Positions 8,552 through 20,128 of a DNA stretch of 64,000 bases are shown here, piece after piece. The stretch spans positions 3,264,001-3,328,000 of the forward strand of contig OY762911.1 of assembly GCA_963666565.1 (NCBI GenBank). Reading direction: 5' to 3'. The stretch is from Thermoanaerobaculia bacterium. GTDB lineage: Bacteria; Acidobacteriota; Thermoanaerobaculia; Multivoradales; Multivoraceae. The notes beneath the pieces were generated by a model. That model saw only the letters and a list, made by a program, of their open reading frames with translations. It searched no databases and had not been told where the DNA came from. The number at the start of each line of letters is the position of its first letter. Position 1 is the stretch's first letter. A program made the translations under genes and the position numbers.

Positions 8552-11167
8552 ATGAAACGACCTGGCGCTTCAGACCCGGTTCTTCCGCGTTGGGTGCGCG
8601 TGGCGGCTCCGGCAGCCCGTCTCGGCCGCGCGATTCTGCCCCGGCGACCGCGCCGCGACGCGCCCAACGCAGCGCGCCTCGAAGCGCTCCATCTGACGGC
8701 CCTGTGGAGCATTGCCGTCGCCCACCCGATCTTCGACGTCGTGGGGCGCAGCCCGGAGTTCTTCGTCGCCCATGACGCCGGGGCGGCCGACCTGCTGGCG
8801 CTCGTGGCGTGCCTCTGCTTCGGCATTCCGGCAGGCTGCGTGCTCCTCGTTCATCTCGTTGGCCGTTTCCGCGGCTGGCGCTGGCGCCGACGGGCCGCCG
8901 CGACGGCCATCGGCGGCCTTGCCGGAGCGGTCGCCCTCGCGGCGTTCAAGCCCCTCGGCGGAGAGTCGTACGGCGTGTCCGCCGCCATCTTCCTCGTCAC
9001 GGCCTCCGCCGGCGCCGCCGCGTACCTGCGATTCCCGCCGGTCCGCTCGTTCGCCTCCTTTCTCGCGCCGGCGATCGTGGCCGTACCGGCCGCCTTTCTG
9101 CTGAGTCCCGGCGTCGGCCGCGTCCTGGCGCCCACCGACGAAGTCGGCGCGCTCGACGGCGTGTCGTTCGCCTCCACGCCGCCCGTGGTGGTTGTCGTCT
9201 TCGATCAGTTCCAGCTCGCGGCGTTGCTCGATTCCGCCGGCAACATCGACCGCGCGACCTTTCCGCACTTCGCCGCGCTGGCCGAGGACGCCACCTGGTT
9301 TCGGAACGCCACCGCCGTAGCCGAGATGACGATCCATGCCTTGCCGGCGGTCGTCACCGGGAGGTATCCGGCTCGCGGCCGCCTGCCGGTGGCCGCGGAC
9401 CATCCGGCCAACCTGTTCACGTTGCTGGGAAGCCGGTACCTCCTGCACGTCGAGGAGCCGTTGACCGAGCTGTGCCCGGAGTCGCTGTGCCCCGCTGAAC
9501 GCCCGTGGCTCGGCGGCCGGCTGTCGGGAGTGCTGCGAGACCTGGCGATCGTGTATCCGAGAGTGCTGCTGCCGGAGGCGCTGGTCGCGTTCCTCCCACC
9601 CGTGAACCAGACCTGGAACGACTTCGCCGTGATTGCCGCCGACGAGACGGTGCACGGCCGCTGGCTGACGGCGCGGGCCGAGGACCGCCGGGCGGCAGCC
9701 AACCGTTTCATCGAGTCGATCGCCGCAACCGGGCCGGCGCTGCACTTTCTCCACGTGCTTCTGCCGCACGAGCCCTGGACCTACCTGCCGACGGGGCAGC
9801 AGTTCACGTTTCAACGGCACAGTATCGGCCTGCGGAACGGCAAGTGGGTCGACGACGACTGGGCCGCCGCGCTCAACTACCAGCGCTACCTGCTCCAGGT
9901 GGGCTACGCCGATACCTTGCTCGGCAGGCTGGTTGCGCGCCTGCGCGAGGTCGGCATCTACGACGATGCGTTGATCGTCGTCACTGCCGACCACGGCGCC
10001 AGCATGCGGCCCGGCACGTCGTTTCGACGGCCGAACGAATCCACGTTCGAGGAGATCGCGGCCGTGCCGCTCTTCCTGAAGCGGCCCGGGCAGTCCCGGG
10101 GATCGGTGAGCGATGCCAACGTGGAGGTCGTCGACATCGTCCCGACGGTCGCCGCCGAGCTCGGCGCCGCGCTGCCGTGGACAGCCGACGGCACGAACGC
10201 CCTGGATGCCGCTCGGGCCCCGCGTCCGACGAAGACCATGTTCTACGACAGGGCGACCAAACGCATCGAGACTTCCGCCAATCTTCGTCGGGCCCTGATC
10301 GAGAGCGCCGCGCGGAAGTTCGGTTGGCTCGAAACAGGCAATCCCCTGGACGTTCCAACCCCGGAAGGCCGCTACGGGGATCTGATCGGCCGCGCAGTCG
10401 ATCCGCTGCGCGCCGCGCAGCCGGCGGCTGTCGACGTCATCGTCGATGCCCTGCCGCTGATCCAGGAAGCCGATCCGGATGCCGACTTCGTCCCCGCCCA
10501 CATCACGGGCGCCGTGGTCGGCAGCGGGGACGGTACGCCGGCGCCGGTGCTGGCCATCGCCCTGAACGGCGCCGTGGCCGCGGTGACCCGCCCGTTTCCG
10601 TTTCCGGTGGCGGGTCGTCGCGCCGCGTGGGAGGCGATCGTCGATCCGCGTCGGTTCGTTCCGGGCGCCAACACCCTGGAGGTGTTCGAAGTTCGCGAAC
10701 GGGGCGGCGACGGCGCGGTCGCGCTTGCCGCGGCCCATGGCGCCACGGCCGGCAGTCGCTGGCCGAACCTCGTTCGCGAAGAGCAGATTCAGGCCCTGGG
10801 CGGGCGGACTTCCGGTTTCCACGCCGTCGAGTGGATCGGCGACGCTCCCTTCCGCTGGACCGATGGCGATGCACGGCTGCGCGTGCCGTTCGATCCGCGG
10901 TCGCGGCCGACGGAACTGGTGGTGGAGGTCGTGATGACCGGCGGCGACAAACGGCTCCGGATAGCCGCCGCCGACTGCCTGCTCTTCGACCGGACCATCC
11001 GGGACCGCTGGAAGGCGTCGTTCGATCTCGGAGATTGCGCGCTCCCGCCGCCCAACGTGGAGATCTCGCTGCTTGGCGATGCGCGCGTTCCCGCGTCGGG
11101 CGACAACCGCAGCCTGGGCGTCGCGGTCGGCCGGGTCGAGATGCGCGCAGCGGTTCCCGATCCATAG
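8552..11167 (+). CDS. Membrane-anchored sulfatase-like/alkaline phosphatase superfamily hydrolase-transferase
   Basis: About 5 N-terminal TMs, then VVVVFDQ, HVLLPHEPW, YADTLLG, TADHG, AVPLFLK, DIVPTV; C-terminal FRWTDG beta-domain. Confidence 0.75.
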   Translation: MKRPGASDPVLPRWVRVAAPAARLGRAILPRRPRRDAPNAARLEALHLTALWSIAVAHPIFDVVGRSPEFFVAHDAGAADLLALVACLCFGIPAGCVLLVHLVGRFRGWRWRRRAAATAIGGLAGAVALAAFKPLGGESYGVSAAIFLVTASAGAAAYLRFPPVRSFASFLAPAIVAVPAAFLLSPGVGRVLAPTDEVGALDGVSFASTPPVVVVVFDQFQLAALLDSAGNIDRATFPHFAALAEDATWFRNATAVAEMTIHALPAVVTGRYPARGRLPVAADHPANLFTLLGSRYLLHVEEPLTELCPESLCPAERPWLGGRLSGVLRDLAIVYPRVLLPEALVAFLPPVNQTWNDFAVIAADETVHGRWLTARAEDRRAAANRFIESIAATGPALHFLHVLLPHEPWTYLPTGQQFTFQRHSIGLRNGKWVDDDWAAALNYQRYLLQVGYADTLLGRLVARLREVGIYDDALIVVTADHGASMRPGTSFRRPNESTFEEIAAVPLFLKRPGQSRGSVSDANVEVVDIVPTVAAELGAALPWTADGTNALDAARAPRPTKTMFYDRATKRIETSANLRRALIESAARKFGWLETGNPLDVPTPEGRYGDLIGRAVDPLRAAQPAAVDVIVDALPLIQEADPDADFVPAHITGAVVGSGDGTPAPVLAIALNGAVAAVTRPFPFPVAGRRAAWEAIVDPRRFVPGANTLEVFEVRERGGDGAVALAAAHGATAGSRWPNLVREEQIQALGGRTSGFHAVEWIGDAPFRWTDGDARLRVPFDPRSRPTELVVEVVMTGGDKRLRIAAADCLLFDRTIRDRWKASFDLGDCALPPPNVEISLLGDARVPASGDNRSLGVAVGRVEMRAAVPDP

Positions 11168-11258
11168 CAGTCGGCCGAGGCCGCGGCCCGAACCTGGCGA
11201 CGCGGGGCGGAAAGCCCCTTGACCCCGGTACGGATGCTCGGCCCGCGAGTACGGCGGG

Positions 11259-12506
11259 TCAGGCCGGGCTGCCGGGCCGCACGCCGATCAGGGCGTAGTC
11301 GCGGTAGCCGAACAGAAAGTCGTCGAGGTCGTCCCGCAGGCGATTCAGCCGGTCCGCGAGTTCCAGGCTCTGGCCGTCCAGTCCGTCGAGCGGGATCTCC
11401 GGCAGGCGCTCCTCCTCCGGGTAGGGCCGGAGGTCGAGCCGTTCGATTCCGGTGAAGCCCGCCTGCTCGTAGGAGGCCGCCAGCGCCTCGGGATGCACCG
11501 GTCTCCGGTGGGTCGGATCGAGCCAGAAGCTGCGCGCCGTGACCGCGACGGAGAGCGGGTTCGGCGTCTCGAGCACGAGAATCCCGCCCGGACGCAGAGC
11601 CGCCCAGGCGAGGCGCACCAGGCGGTCGACGTCCTCCGGCGCCATGTGCTCGATGACGTGGAAGGAGACGATGCCGCCCAGGGACGCCGGCTCGGTCCCG
11701 GCCAGCTCGGCCAGCGCGTCGTTCCGTTCGACGGCAAGGCCCCGCTCCAGGCAGCGGCGCACCATCGCCGAGGACGGGTCGACGCCGCGGCACTCAACGT
11801 CCTCCGCCTGCAGCAAGGCCAGCGCTTCGCCCCGGCCGCAACCCAGGTCGAGGACCGGCGCCGCCTGGCGGAGCCGCGGCAGGTAGACGCGGACGCGCTC
11901 CCGGATGTCCTCCTCGGCGCCACGGAACCGGTGCTCGAAGCCGATGTAGGAGACGTCCGCGTCGGCCTCCCGGAGCGTGGTCTCGCGCTCGCCGGTCCTG
12001 GCCAGGGCCGATCTCAGCAGGCCCGCCAGTTCGTCCGCCTCCCGCCGGTAGCGGTCGAGTTTCCGGTCGACCCGGCCGAACAGGGCGTCGTCGTGACGCA
12101 TGACTTCGTCGAGCCCCTGGCGCAGGAAGTTCTCCAGGTGCCGGGTGCGGTGGTCCAGGTCGCCGATGCGCTGCTCGAACATCCGCTCCACCCGCTCCTG
12201 GTGGTCTCTCCACTCCTGGAGATGGTGTTCGAAGACGTCGAGCAGGATCAGGTTGAAGACGCGCTGCCGTTCCCAGAGGTCGTTCTGCGGCAGCGAGACG
12301 AACGGCCGCAGCAGCCGCTTGAAGACGACAAGGAGACGTCCGGCCAGGCCGCGATGGCTGCGGATGGGGAACGGAACGTCCCGTTCCCAGAGATGGCGCC
12401 AGTCCGCCAGCCTGCGGGTCGGCCGTTCGCCCAGGAAATCGGCGATGTCCGGCGGAGCGCTCGCGCCGGAACTCTCGCTGTCGGCCTTGTGCGGGTCAGG
12501 TTTCAG
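11259..12506 (-). CDS. Class I SAM-dependent methyltransferase with N-terminal coiled coil (glycan-modifying type)
   Basis: VLDLGCGRGE, SFHVIEH, LRPGGILVLETPNP, DPTH; frame stays open and protein-like 105 codons upstream of the GTG at 12191, probable CTG start at 12506. Confidence 0.8.
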   Translation of the reverse strand: MKPDPHKADSESSGASAPPDIADFLGERPTRRLADWRHLWERDVPFPIRSHRGLAGRLLVVFKRLLRPFVSLPQNDLWERQRVFNLILLDVFEHHLQEWRDHQERVERMFEQRIGDLDHRTRHLENFLRQGLDEVMRHDDALFGRVDRKLDRYRREADELAGLLRSALARTGERETTLREADADVSYIGFEHRFRGAEEDIRERVRVYLPRLRQAAPVLDLGCGRGEALALLQAEDVECRGVDPSSAMVRRCLERGLAVERNDALAELAGTEPASLGGIVSFHVIEHMAPEDVDRLVRLAWAALRPGGILVLETPNPLSVAVTARSFWLDPTHRRPVHPEALAASYEQAGFTGIERLDLRPYPEEERLPEIPLDGLDGQSLELADRLNRLRDDLDDFLFGYRDYALIGVRPGSPA

Positions 12507-12942
12507 GCACGACCTCGATGGCGACTTCGGCGATGACCTCCGTGTGCAGGTCGACGCGCACCAGGTGGTCGCCCACGGTCTTGATGCCGCCGGTGAGATC
12601 GATCGTGCGGCGGTCCACCTGCACGCCGGCGGCGGCGAGCGCCTCGGTGACCTCCGTGGGCGTCACCGAGCCGTAGAGCGTTCCCGTCTCGCTGGCCCGC
12701 TTCGGGATCGTCAGCTTGACCGCGGCGAGTTCCGCCGCCACCTCGGCGGCGGCGGAACGCTCGGCCTCGTGGCGGGCGTCGAACTTCTTCCGCTGGGACT
12801 CGAACCAGAGCCGGTTCGCCTGGGTGGAAGGCGCCGCCAGTTCCCGCGGATAGAGGTAGTTGCGCGCATAGCCGGGCTTCACGTCGACCGCCTCGCCGCG
12901 CGCGCCCAGCCCTCTCATGTCTTGCAGCAGGATGACTTCCAT
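12496..12942 (-). CDS. rplI: 50S ribosomal protein L9
   Basis: MEVILL..LG..G..VDVKPGYARNYLYP; LYGSVT. Confidence 0.97.
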   Translation of the reverse strand: MEVILLQDMRGLGARGEAVDVKPGYARNYLYPRELAAPSTQANRLWFESQRKKFDARHEAERSAAAEVAAELAAVKLTIPKRASETGTLYGSVTPTEVTEALAAAGVQVDRRTIDLTGGIKTVGDHLVRVDLHTEVIAEVAIEVVPET

Positions 12943-12982
12943 CGCCTCGTTCCTCGCCGTCTCGGTCGCCGCCGCGCGGCGC

Positions 12983-13216
12983 TCAGTCCGTGGTGTAGGG
13001 AATCAGCGCCAGAAAGCGGGCCCGCCGGAGCGCCCGGGCGAGCATGCGCTGGTGGCGCGCCGAGTTGCCCGAGATCCTGCGGGGCAGGATCTTGGCGCGC
13101 TCCGGCACGAAGGACCGCAGCAGGGCCACGTCCTTGTAGTCGATGTACTCGATCCCGTCGGCGGTGAACTTGCACACCTTGCGGCGACGGAAGAAGGTTC
13201 TGCGCTTCTTCGGCAT
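12983..13216 (-). CDS. rpsR: 30S ribosomal protein S18
   Basis: [32 protein letters not shown]. Confidence 0.97.
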   Translation of the reverse strand: MPKKRRTFFRRRKVCKFTADGIEYIDYKDVALLRSFVPERAKILPRRISGNSARHQRMLARALRRARFLALIPYTTD

Positions 13217-13220
13217 ATCT

Positions 13221-13607
13221 CTAGGCCCCTCCCGCCGCCTGGCCCGGCACGTTGCCCATGACCGTCGTCTGGACCGGCGCCTTGCCCTTGCTGGCGGCGC
13301 GCTTCAGGTCGAGGTCGGTCCGCACCGCCAGGTGGCGCAGGATCTTCTCGTTCTGGAGCATCCGCTGCCCGATCTCGGCGAGGCCGTTGTCGCCGCCGTC
13401 GGACTCCAGGTAGTAGATGTGGTAGCGGCCCTCGGTGAACTTCCGGATCGGGTAGGCCAGCCGCCGCTTGCCCCAGGACTCCTCCTGGGCGATCCGCAGC
13501 CTGCCGTCCGCCGTCAGCAGCTTGCCGAAGGCGTCGCTCAACTCCACGGCCTCTTCATCGGTGAGGCGCGGGTCGGCAATGAAGACGAGTTCGTATGTGC
13601 GAGTCAA
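13221..13607 (-). CDS. rpsF: 30S ribosomal protein S6
   Basis: [26 protein letters not shown]; TTG start with GAGG SD. Confidence 0.95.
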   Translation of the reverse strand: MTRTYELVFIADPRLTDEEAVELSDAFGKLLTADGRLRIAQEESWGKRRLAYPIRKFTEGRYHIYYLESDGGDNGLAEIGQRMLQNEKILRHLAVRTDLDLKRAASKGKAPVQTTVMGNVPGQAAGGA

Positions 13608-13761
13608 TCGTTGTTCCTCTTCGTGTGGGCGCCGGATCGCCCGACGATGGGCGTTTCGGCCGCGACGCTGGCGGCGCGTTCCCGCGCCGTCAGGGTGCGC
13701 CGGTCCGCGGACCGGAGCGAATCGGCGGCGGAATCTATCACGGTCGGTCGCCAGCCCTCCG

Positions 13762-15840
<2,079 letters not shown>

Positions 15841-15853
15841 TATCCGTTTCCTC

Positions 15854-16459
15854 TCATCCGTTGTACTCGTTCATCGTGACGTCGACGCCGCGGTCGACCC
15901 AACTCAGGACACAGTCGGCGGCCCGGCGCACCATCCGTTCCGCGGTCTCGACCTCGTCCGCCGCGAAGGGCGCGAGAACGAAGTCCGGGAGTTCTCCCCC
16001 GCGAGCGGCCGCGGCCGCCGACCTCGCCGCCTCGTCGTCCGGCGCGATGCCCAGCCGCAGCCGCGGCACCGCCGTGGTGCGGAGGTTCTCGACGATCGAT
16101 TCCATGCCGCGATGTCCGCCGGGACTCCCCTTGCCGCGAAGCCGGAGCCGCCCCAGGGGCAGATGGACTTCGTCGTAGACGACCAGGATACGTCCGGGAG
16201 CATAGCCATTCCGTTCGGAGAGGCAGCGCGCGCTGTAGCCGCTTCGGTTCATCCAGGTCTGCGGAAGGGCCAGGTCCAGCCGGTCGGTCGAGGCCCAGAG
16301 CGCTCCGCAGACCTCCAGGCGGGGGCGGACGCCCAGGCGCTTCGCCAACTCGCCGACCACCCGGAAACCGAGGTTGTGACGAGTGTCGGCGTAGCGCCCG
16401 CCCGGGTTGCCCAGACCGAGGACCAGGCGCGCCTCCTCGCCCTCGCTACTCGTCTCCAT
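15854..16459 (-). CDS. pth: Peptidyl-tRNA hydrolase
   Basis: [35 protein letters not shown]. Confidence 0.96.
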   Translation of the reverse strand: METSSEGEEARLVLGLGNPGGRYADTRHNLGFRVVGELAKRLGVRPRLEVCGALWASTDRLDLALPQTWMNRSGYSARCLSERNGYAPGRILVVYDEVHLPLGRLRLRGKGSPGGHRGMESIVENLRTTAVPRLRLGIAPDDEAARSAAAAARGGELPDFVLAPFAADEVETAERMVRRAADCVLSWVDRGVDVTMNEYNG

Positions 16460-17114
16460 TCGCCGATTCGTCTTCGTCGCCGACCCGTTCGGGCTCCTCG
16501 CCGAAGGCCTCGAGCAGTTCGTCTTCCTCCGATTCCTCGACTTCCTCCTCGGCCAAGCGGGCGGCGGCGACCGACACGATCACCTTCGTCTCGTCCTCGT
16601 TGAGCGTCACCGCGTCGGGAAGCTGCAGCTCCCCCGCTTCGACGTGCTGGCCGATGTGCAGCGGCGAGACGTCGAGTTCGATCGAGACCGGGATGTCGCC
16701 GGGCAGGCAGACGACGGCCACTTCCCGCGAGATGAACTCGAGCAGTCCGCCCTCGTTGCGCACGCCCTCGGGCGTTCCGACGACTTCGACCGGCACCGAG
16801 ACCTGGACCTCCTGGTCCATCTTCACGCGCTGGAAGTCGATGTGGACGAGCGCGCCGGTCAGCGGGTTCCACTGCAGGTCGCGGATCATCGTGTGGCGCG
16901 TCTGCTCCGTGCCTTCGAGCTGGAGCAGGAAGACGGCGTTCTCGCCGCCCTCCCGGATCAGGCTCAGCACGCGCTTGCCGTCGACGCGGATGGCGGCCGC
17001 GTCGGCGCCGCCGCCGTAGACGACCGCGGGAATCTCGCCGGCCGCCCGCAGGCGCCGGTTCGCGTTCTTGCCGGTCTGCTCGCGCAGCCGGACGCTGACG
17101 GTGGGTTCGCTCAC
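16446..17114 (-). CDS. rplY: 50S ribosomal protein L25/Ctc
   Basis: GKNANRRLR..G.IPAVVYG, HIDFQRV, Ctc-type extension, acidic tail. Confidence 0.95.
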   Translation of the reverse strand: MSEPTVSVRLREQTGKNANRRLRAAGEIPAVVYGGGADAAAIRVDGKRVLSLIREGGENAVFLLQLEGTEQTRHTMIRDLQWNPLTGALVHIDFQRVKMDQEVQVSVPVEVVGTPEGVRNEGGLLEFISREVAVVCLPGDIPVSIELDVSPLHIGQHVEAGELQLPDAVTLNEDETKVIVSVAAARLAEEEVEESEEDELLEAFGEEPERVGDEDESANGDE

Positions 17115-17154
17115 TATCGAACTCCTGGGCTAGAGGGCAAAGGGGACGGACGGC

Positions 17155-18129
17155 TCAGACGAAGAGCGACGTCACGGAGCTGTTGTCGTGGATTCTGCGG
17201 ATGGCCTCCCCGAGCAGGGCGGCGACGCTGTGGGGTCGCAGCCTGGTGCTCCGGGCCAGCTTCTCTTCGAGCGGCGTCGTGTTCGTCACCAGGACGCCCT
17301 CGAGCTTCGACTCCTCGATCCGCTCGATGGCCGAGGCGGAGAGGACGCCGTGGATGCCCGCGGCGAAGATCCTCCGGGCGCCCTGTGCCGCCAGGGACTC
17401 GACCGAGTTGATCAGCGTGCCGGCGGTGTCGATGATGTCGTCGAGAATCAGCACGTCGCGTCCATCGACGTCGCCGATCACGTTCATCACCTCCGCCTGG
17501 TTCGCGGCCACCCGGCGCTTGTCGATGATCGCGAGTTCCGTTTGCAGCCGCTTGGCGATCGCCCGCGCCCGGGCCACCCCGCCGGCGTCCGGCGCGACGA
17601 TCATCAGGTCCTCGATGCCGAGCGCGCGGATGGCGTCCAGCAGGACCGGCGCGGCGAACAGGTGATCGACCGGGATGTCGAAGTAGCCCGAAATCTGCTG
17701 GGCGTGGACGTCCATCGTCAGCAGTCGGTCGGCGCCGGCGGCGGTCATCACGTCCGCCACCAGCTTGGCGGTGATCGGCACGCGGGGCTTGTCCTTCTTG
17801 TCCTGGCGGGCGTAGCCGTAGTACGGCAGGACCGCGGTGACGCGCGCCGCGGACGCCCGCTTCACCGCGTCCAGCATGATCAGCAGTTCGACGAAGTTGT
17901 CGTTGACCGGCGTGCAGGTCGGCTGGACGATGAAGACGTCGGCGCCGCGCACGTTCTCCTGGATCTGGCAGAAGATCTCGCCGTCGGCGAAGTTGTAGGC
18001 GGTCACCTGGCCCGGCGCCATCCCGAGGTAGTTGCAGATCTCGTTCGTCAGCGCGGGGTGGGCGCGGCCGCCGAAGACCTTGAGCTCGGTATACATGGCC
18101 CGTTCGACGTTGTTGGCGTGGACGGTCAC
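17155..18129 (-). CDS. prs: Ribose-phosphate pyrophosphokinase
   Basis: FADGEI, PYYGYARQDKK, PDAGGVARA, DDIIDTAGT; alternative start ATG at 18096. Confidence 0.97.
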   Translation of the reverse strand: MTVHANNVERAMYTELKVFGGRAHPALTNEICNYLGMAPGQVTAYNFADGEIFCQIQENVRGADVFIVQPTCTPVNDNFVELLIMLDAVKRASAARVTAVLPYYGYARQDKKDKPRVPITAKLVADVMTAAGADRLLTMDVHAQQISGYFDIPVDHLFAAPVLLDAIRALGIEDLMIVAPDAGGVARARAIAKRLQTELAIIDKRRVAANQAEVMNVIGDVDGRDVLILDDIIDTAGTLINSVESLAAQGARRIFAAGIHGVLSASAIERIEESKLEGVLVTNTTPLEEKLARSTRLRPHSVAALLGEAIRRIHDNSSVTSLFV

Positions 18130-18166
18130 TTCGACGAACCCGAGTCAGCGGTCCGGCGCGCGACCG

Positions 18167-18241
18167 TGGTTGGGGCGGGAGGATTCGAACCCCCGAATGC
18201 GAGATCCAAAGTCTCGTGCCTTACCACTTGGCGACGCCCCA
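18167..18241 (-). tRNA. tRNA-Gln (TTG)
   Basis: TGGGGCGTCGCCAAGTGGTAAGGCACGAGACTTTGGATCTCGCATTCGGGGGTTCGAATCCTCCCGCCCCAACCA; standard position between ispE and prs. Confidence 0.97.
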
Positions 18242-18317
18242 GACGGGCCGGCGGATTGTACATGAAGCGGCGGCGAGTTTCCGGGCCGGCGGCGAATCGG
18301 GAAAGCGAAGGGGCACT

Positions 18318-19292
18318 CTACGTCCGCTGGCCGCGCGAGCGCGGCAGCGTCCGCGTCCGGAACACCCGCGCGTCCATGCCCGCCAGCGCCCGTTCGGCGC
18401 CGGGCCACTCGCCGATCGCGAACACGGCGCCGCCGCTGCCCGACACCTGCGGACCGCCCAGCCGGCGGGTCCGCCCGCGCCGCTCCAGGGCGCGGAGCAG
18501 ACGGTCGACCTCCGGGTGAAGCCGGCGCACGACCGGCGCCAGGTCGTTGCCCAGCACCCAGCCGGCCGCGTCGCCGCGGCGCGACGGCGGCGGCAACGGC
18601 GGGCAGTCGCCCCACCGGGTGCGCGGATCTTCCGACCCCACCGGGTGCGCGGGTCTTCCGACCCGCTGGGTGCGCGGGTCTTCCGACCCGCTACCGCCGG
18701 CGGCGACGCGCGGCGCTGACGCCGGAGTCCATGCCCGGTAGACCTCGGCGGTCGACACCTCGACCGCGGGCACGGCGAGGAGGACCGGCGTCTCGGGAAG
18801 ATCGTCCAGGGGCGTCACCTTCTCGCCCCGGCCGGTGGCGAGCGCCGTTCCGCCGGCCAGGAAGAACGGGACGTCGGAACCGACCGCCGCCGCGACCGCC
18901 CGCAGCCGTTCCCGGTCGAGCGGGTTCCCCAGGAAGCGCTGGAGCAACACCAGCGAGGCCGCCGCGTCGCTGCTGCCTCCGCCGAGCCCGCTGCCCGCCG
19001 GTATCCGCTTCTCCAGTGCGAAGCGGACGCCGCGGGCCGGTTCCCCGACCGCGGTGAAGAAGGCGCGCGCCGCCCTCAGCACGAGGTTCGAGCCGTCGGC
19101 CGGAGCGCCGCCGCCCGGCACGTCGATCCGGAGCGGCGCGGCCCCGGCCGTCCGATGCAGGGTCAGACGGTCGCACAGACCGATCGTCTGCAGGACGGTC
19201 GAGACCTCGTGGAATCCGTCGGGCCGGCGGCCGTGGACCCGGAGGCTGAGGTTCACCTTGGCCGGGCAGGAGATCGCGATCCGCGAGGGCAT
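18318..19292 (-). CDS. ispE: 4-diphosphocytidyl-2-C-methyl-D-erythritol kinase, with in-frame repeat insertion
   Basis: PAKVNLSL, KRIPAGSGLGGGSSDAA, GSDVPFF, GRGE, NDL, SGSG; ATG at 19292 (the upstream part of the track ORF is spurious). Confidence 0.93.
   Translation of the reverse strand: MPSRIAISCPAKVNLSLRVHGRRPDGFHEVSTVLQTIGLCDRLTLHRTAGAAPLRIDVPGGGAPADGSNLVLRAARAFFTAVGEPARGVRFALEKRIPAGSGLGGGSSDAAASLVLLQRFLGNPLDRERLRAVAAAVGSDVPFFLAGGTALATGRGEKVTPLDDLPETPVLLAVPAVEVSTAEVYRAWTPASAPRVAAGGSGSEDPRTQRVGRPAHPVGSEDPRTRWGDCPPLPPPSRRGDAAGWVLGNDLAPVVRRLHPEVDRLLRALERRGRTRRLGGPQVSGSGGAVFAIGEWPGAERALAGMDARVFRTRTLPRSRGQRT
18610..18707. repeat. Three tandem 25-26-bp palindromic repeat units inside ispE
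   Basis: CCCCACCGGGTGCGCGGATCTTCCGA / CCCCACCGGGTGCGCGGGTCTTCCGA / CCCGCTGGGTGCGCGGGTCTTCCGA, followed by CCCGCTACCGCC. Confidence 0.9.
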
Positions 19293-20128
19293 CAGGCGTC
19301 CGGGCCGCAGCGTCCCGGCTGGAAGCCGCCGGGAACATCCGGCGGTGGAACCGGCCCGGTCAGCCCGGTCGCGGGACGCTGCTGGCGCCACCGGAGTTCG
19401 AGCCCGTCGTCGGACTCCACCAGCCGGGCCATGCCCTCGGCGTCCCGGGACCAGGAGGCCCGCTCCCGGCCGTCGCGCCACAGGGTCCAGCGGCTCGGCC
19501 CGCCGGCGGTGGACTCCGCCGTCCAGCGGCGCCCGCGGCGGTCCGCGAAGGCGAACTCGACCGGAGCGCCGCGCTCGCTGGCGGCGGTCGCCCTCTCCCA
19601 CGCTCCGGGGTCCGCCGGCGGCGCCGGCAGCCGCCGCATCAGCAGAGCCGCGACCGCGCCGGCCGGCACCGGACCCAGCGAGAGCGCGGGAACCTCGAGG
19701 TCTCCCGCGTAGCGGCAGAAGGTCCGTTCCCGCACCCAGAGAACGAGGGCGCTCCCGGCCTCCACGTTGAGGTCCCACCATCTTCGGCCGAGCCGGTCCG
19801 AGGCCGAGACGTGGAAGCGCTCCGGGTTCTCGAAGCGCAGGACGAGCCGGAGCGTGCCGTTGCCTTCCGGGCCGTCGTAGTGCATGCGGACGATGCGCTG
19901 GGTTCGCCACTCCGTCTCCGGAATCTCCCAGGGCGCCGCGACCGCCGGCAAGCCGCCGGCGCGGGCCGTTGGCCTGGCGTCGGCACGGGACGCTGCCTCG
20001 CCGCCCCTTCCGGGCGTCGCGCCTGCACCGGTGCTGGCGCAGCCCCAGTGCCAACAGGACAGACCGAGCAGAAGCAGCGGGAGCGACCGCCGCATGGGGA
20101 TCGGGAGCGCCCGGTCAGCGCCGGGCAA
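19292..20128 (-). CDS. Lipoprotein in the lolB position (LolB-like candidate)
   Basis: Signal peptide with lipobox-like WGC (start probably ATG 20095); located between a TPR gene and ispE. Confidence 0.6.
   Translation of the reverse strand: MPGADRALPIPMRRSLPLLLLGLSCWHWGCASTGAGATPGRGGEAASRADARPTARAGGLPAVAAPWEIPETEWRTQRIVRMHYDGPEGNGTLRLVLRFENPERFHVSASDRLGRRWWDLNVEAGSALVLWVRERTFCRYAGDLEVPALSLGPVPAGAVAALLMRRLPAPPADPGAWERATAASERGAPVEFAFADRRGRRWTAESTAGGPSRWTLWRDGRERASWSRDAEGMARLVESDDGLELRWRQQRPATGLTGPVPPPDVPGGFQPGRCGPDA

Noticed and set aside
13608-13745. Possible S6:S18 leader riboregulator upstream of rpsF
   Set aside because: Structured and well placed, but I cannot identify the diagnostic motif by eye; needs a covariance-model search.
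18167-18241. tRNA-Gln as an integration site for the island
   Set aside because: It sits in its normal ispE-prs context; no integrase or duplicated tRNA 3' end was seen.
18318-20054. 578-aa IspE with long N-terminal extension
   Set aside because: The upstream part is an alternative frame of the lipoprotein gene; IspE homology begins at ATG 19292.
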